NCBI RefSeq assembly: GCF_001194135.2
Contig: NC_068986.1
Coordinates: forward strand, 114,070,755-114,105,314
Source of the DNA: Octopus bimaculoides
Taxonomy: Eukaryota
Length of the DNA stretch: 34,560 nt
Reading direction: 5' to 3'
In this document: one piece after another, positions 34,190 through 34,560 of the stretch
Numbering within the stretch: the first letter of the stretch is position 1
How the letters are laid out: each line of letters begins with the position of its first letter
The notes under the pieces: model-generated
Told to the model about the DNA's origin: nothing
Database searches by the model: none
Seen by the model: only the letters and a program-made list of their open reading frames with translations
Made by a program: the position numbers and the translations under genes

Positions 34190-34560
34190 TGATACACACA
34201 CACACACACAATACACTCACATACATATATATACATGTATGTATATGTGTGTATGTATATATACATATATTTGTATATATACATACATTATATATATATA
34301 TGCATAAACATGCACACATACATGCATACATGCACATTACATATACATACATACATATACACATACATACAGACATACACACATACATATGGAAATGATG
34401 ATGGCGATGATGATGTTATCGTCACTAATGTTATACATGTCTTTGCGCTGATGCTTTTGTTATTGTTCTTATGTATACATGCATGTATGTATGTATTTTT
34501 GTGTGTATGCATGCATGTATATATGCAGGTATGTGTGTATACATGCATGTATGTATATAC
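34190..34560. repeat. Mixed CA/TA/TGTA simple repeats
   Basis: Direct reading. Confidence 0.85.

Noticed and set aside
11-34548. The many 60-185 aa ORFs rich in YI, HT, CV, VC
   Set aside because: They are translations of dinucleotide and tetranucleotide microsatellites, open in several frames on both strands.

Overview
AT-rich, microsatellite-saturated eukaryotic scaffold with five assembly gaps (498-1016, 6344-6631, 9820-9883, 19634-20233, 26414-26945). The repeat families look like those of an octopus (cephalopod) genome; this is recognition from memory, not a database match. No complete host gene, rRNA, true tRNA or CRISPR array is supportable, and nearly all ORF-track entries are translations of (CA)n/(TA)n/trinucleotide repeats or run through N gaps. 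Recognisable content is decayed mobile DNA: about 20 tRNA-headed SINE copies in several families; fragments of RTE-like, CR1-like, L1/Tx1-like, R4/Dong-like (restriction-like endonuclease) and probable Jockey/L2-type LINEs; a Penelope-like RT fragment; and an internally deleted mariner. The most interesting items are: (1) a 272-bp tRNA-headed element with a 12-bp target-site duplication whose tail carries a hammerhead-ribozyme-like core typical of Penelope termini (12077-12372); (2) a 556-bp non-coding element flanked on both sides by the same compound (TAA)n(TGA)n(TAA)2 repeat, together with three R4/Dong-like tails ending in similar repeats; (3) two candidate + strand exons (2896-3044 and 19551 onward), the second with a signal-peptide-like start cut off by a gap.
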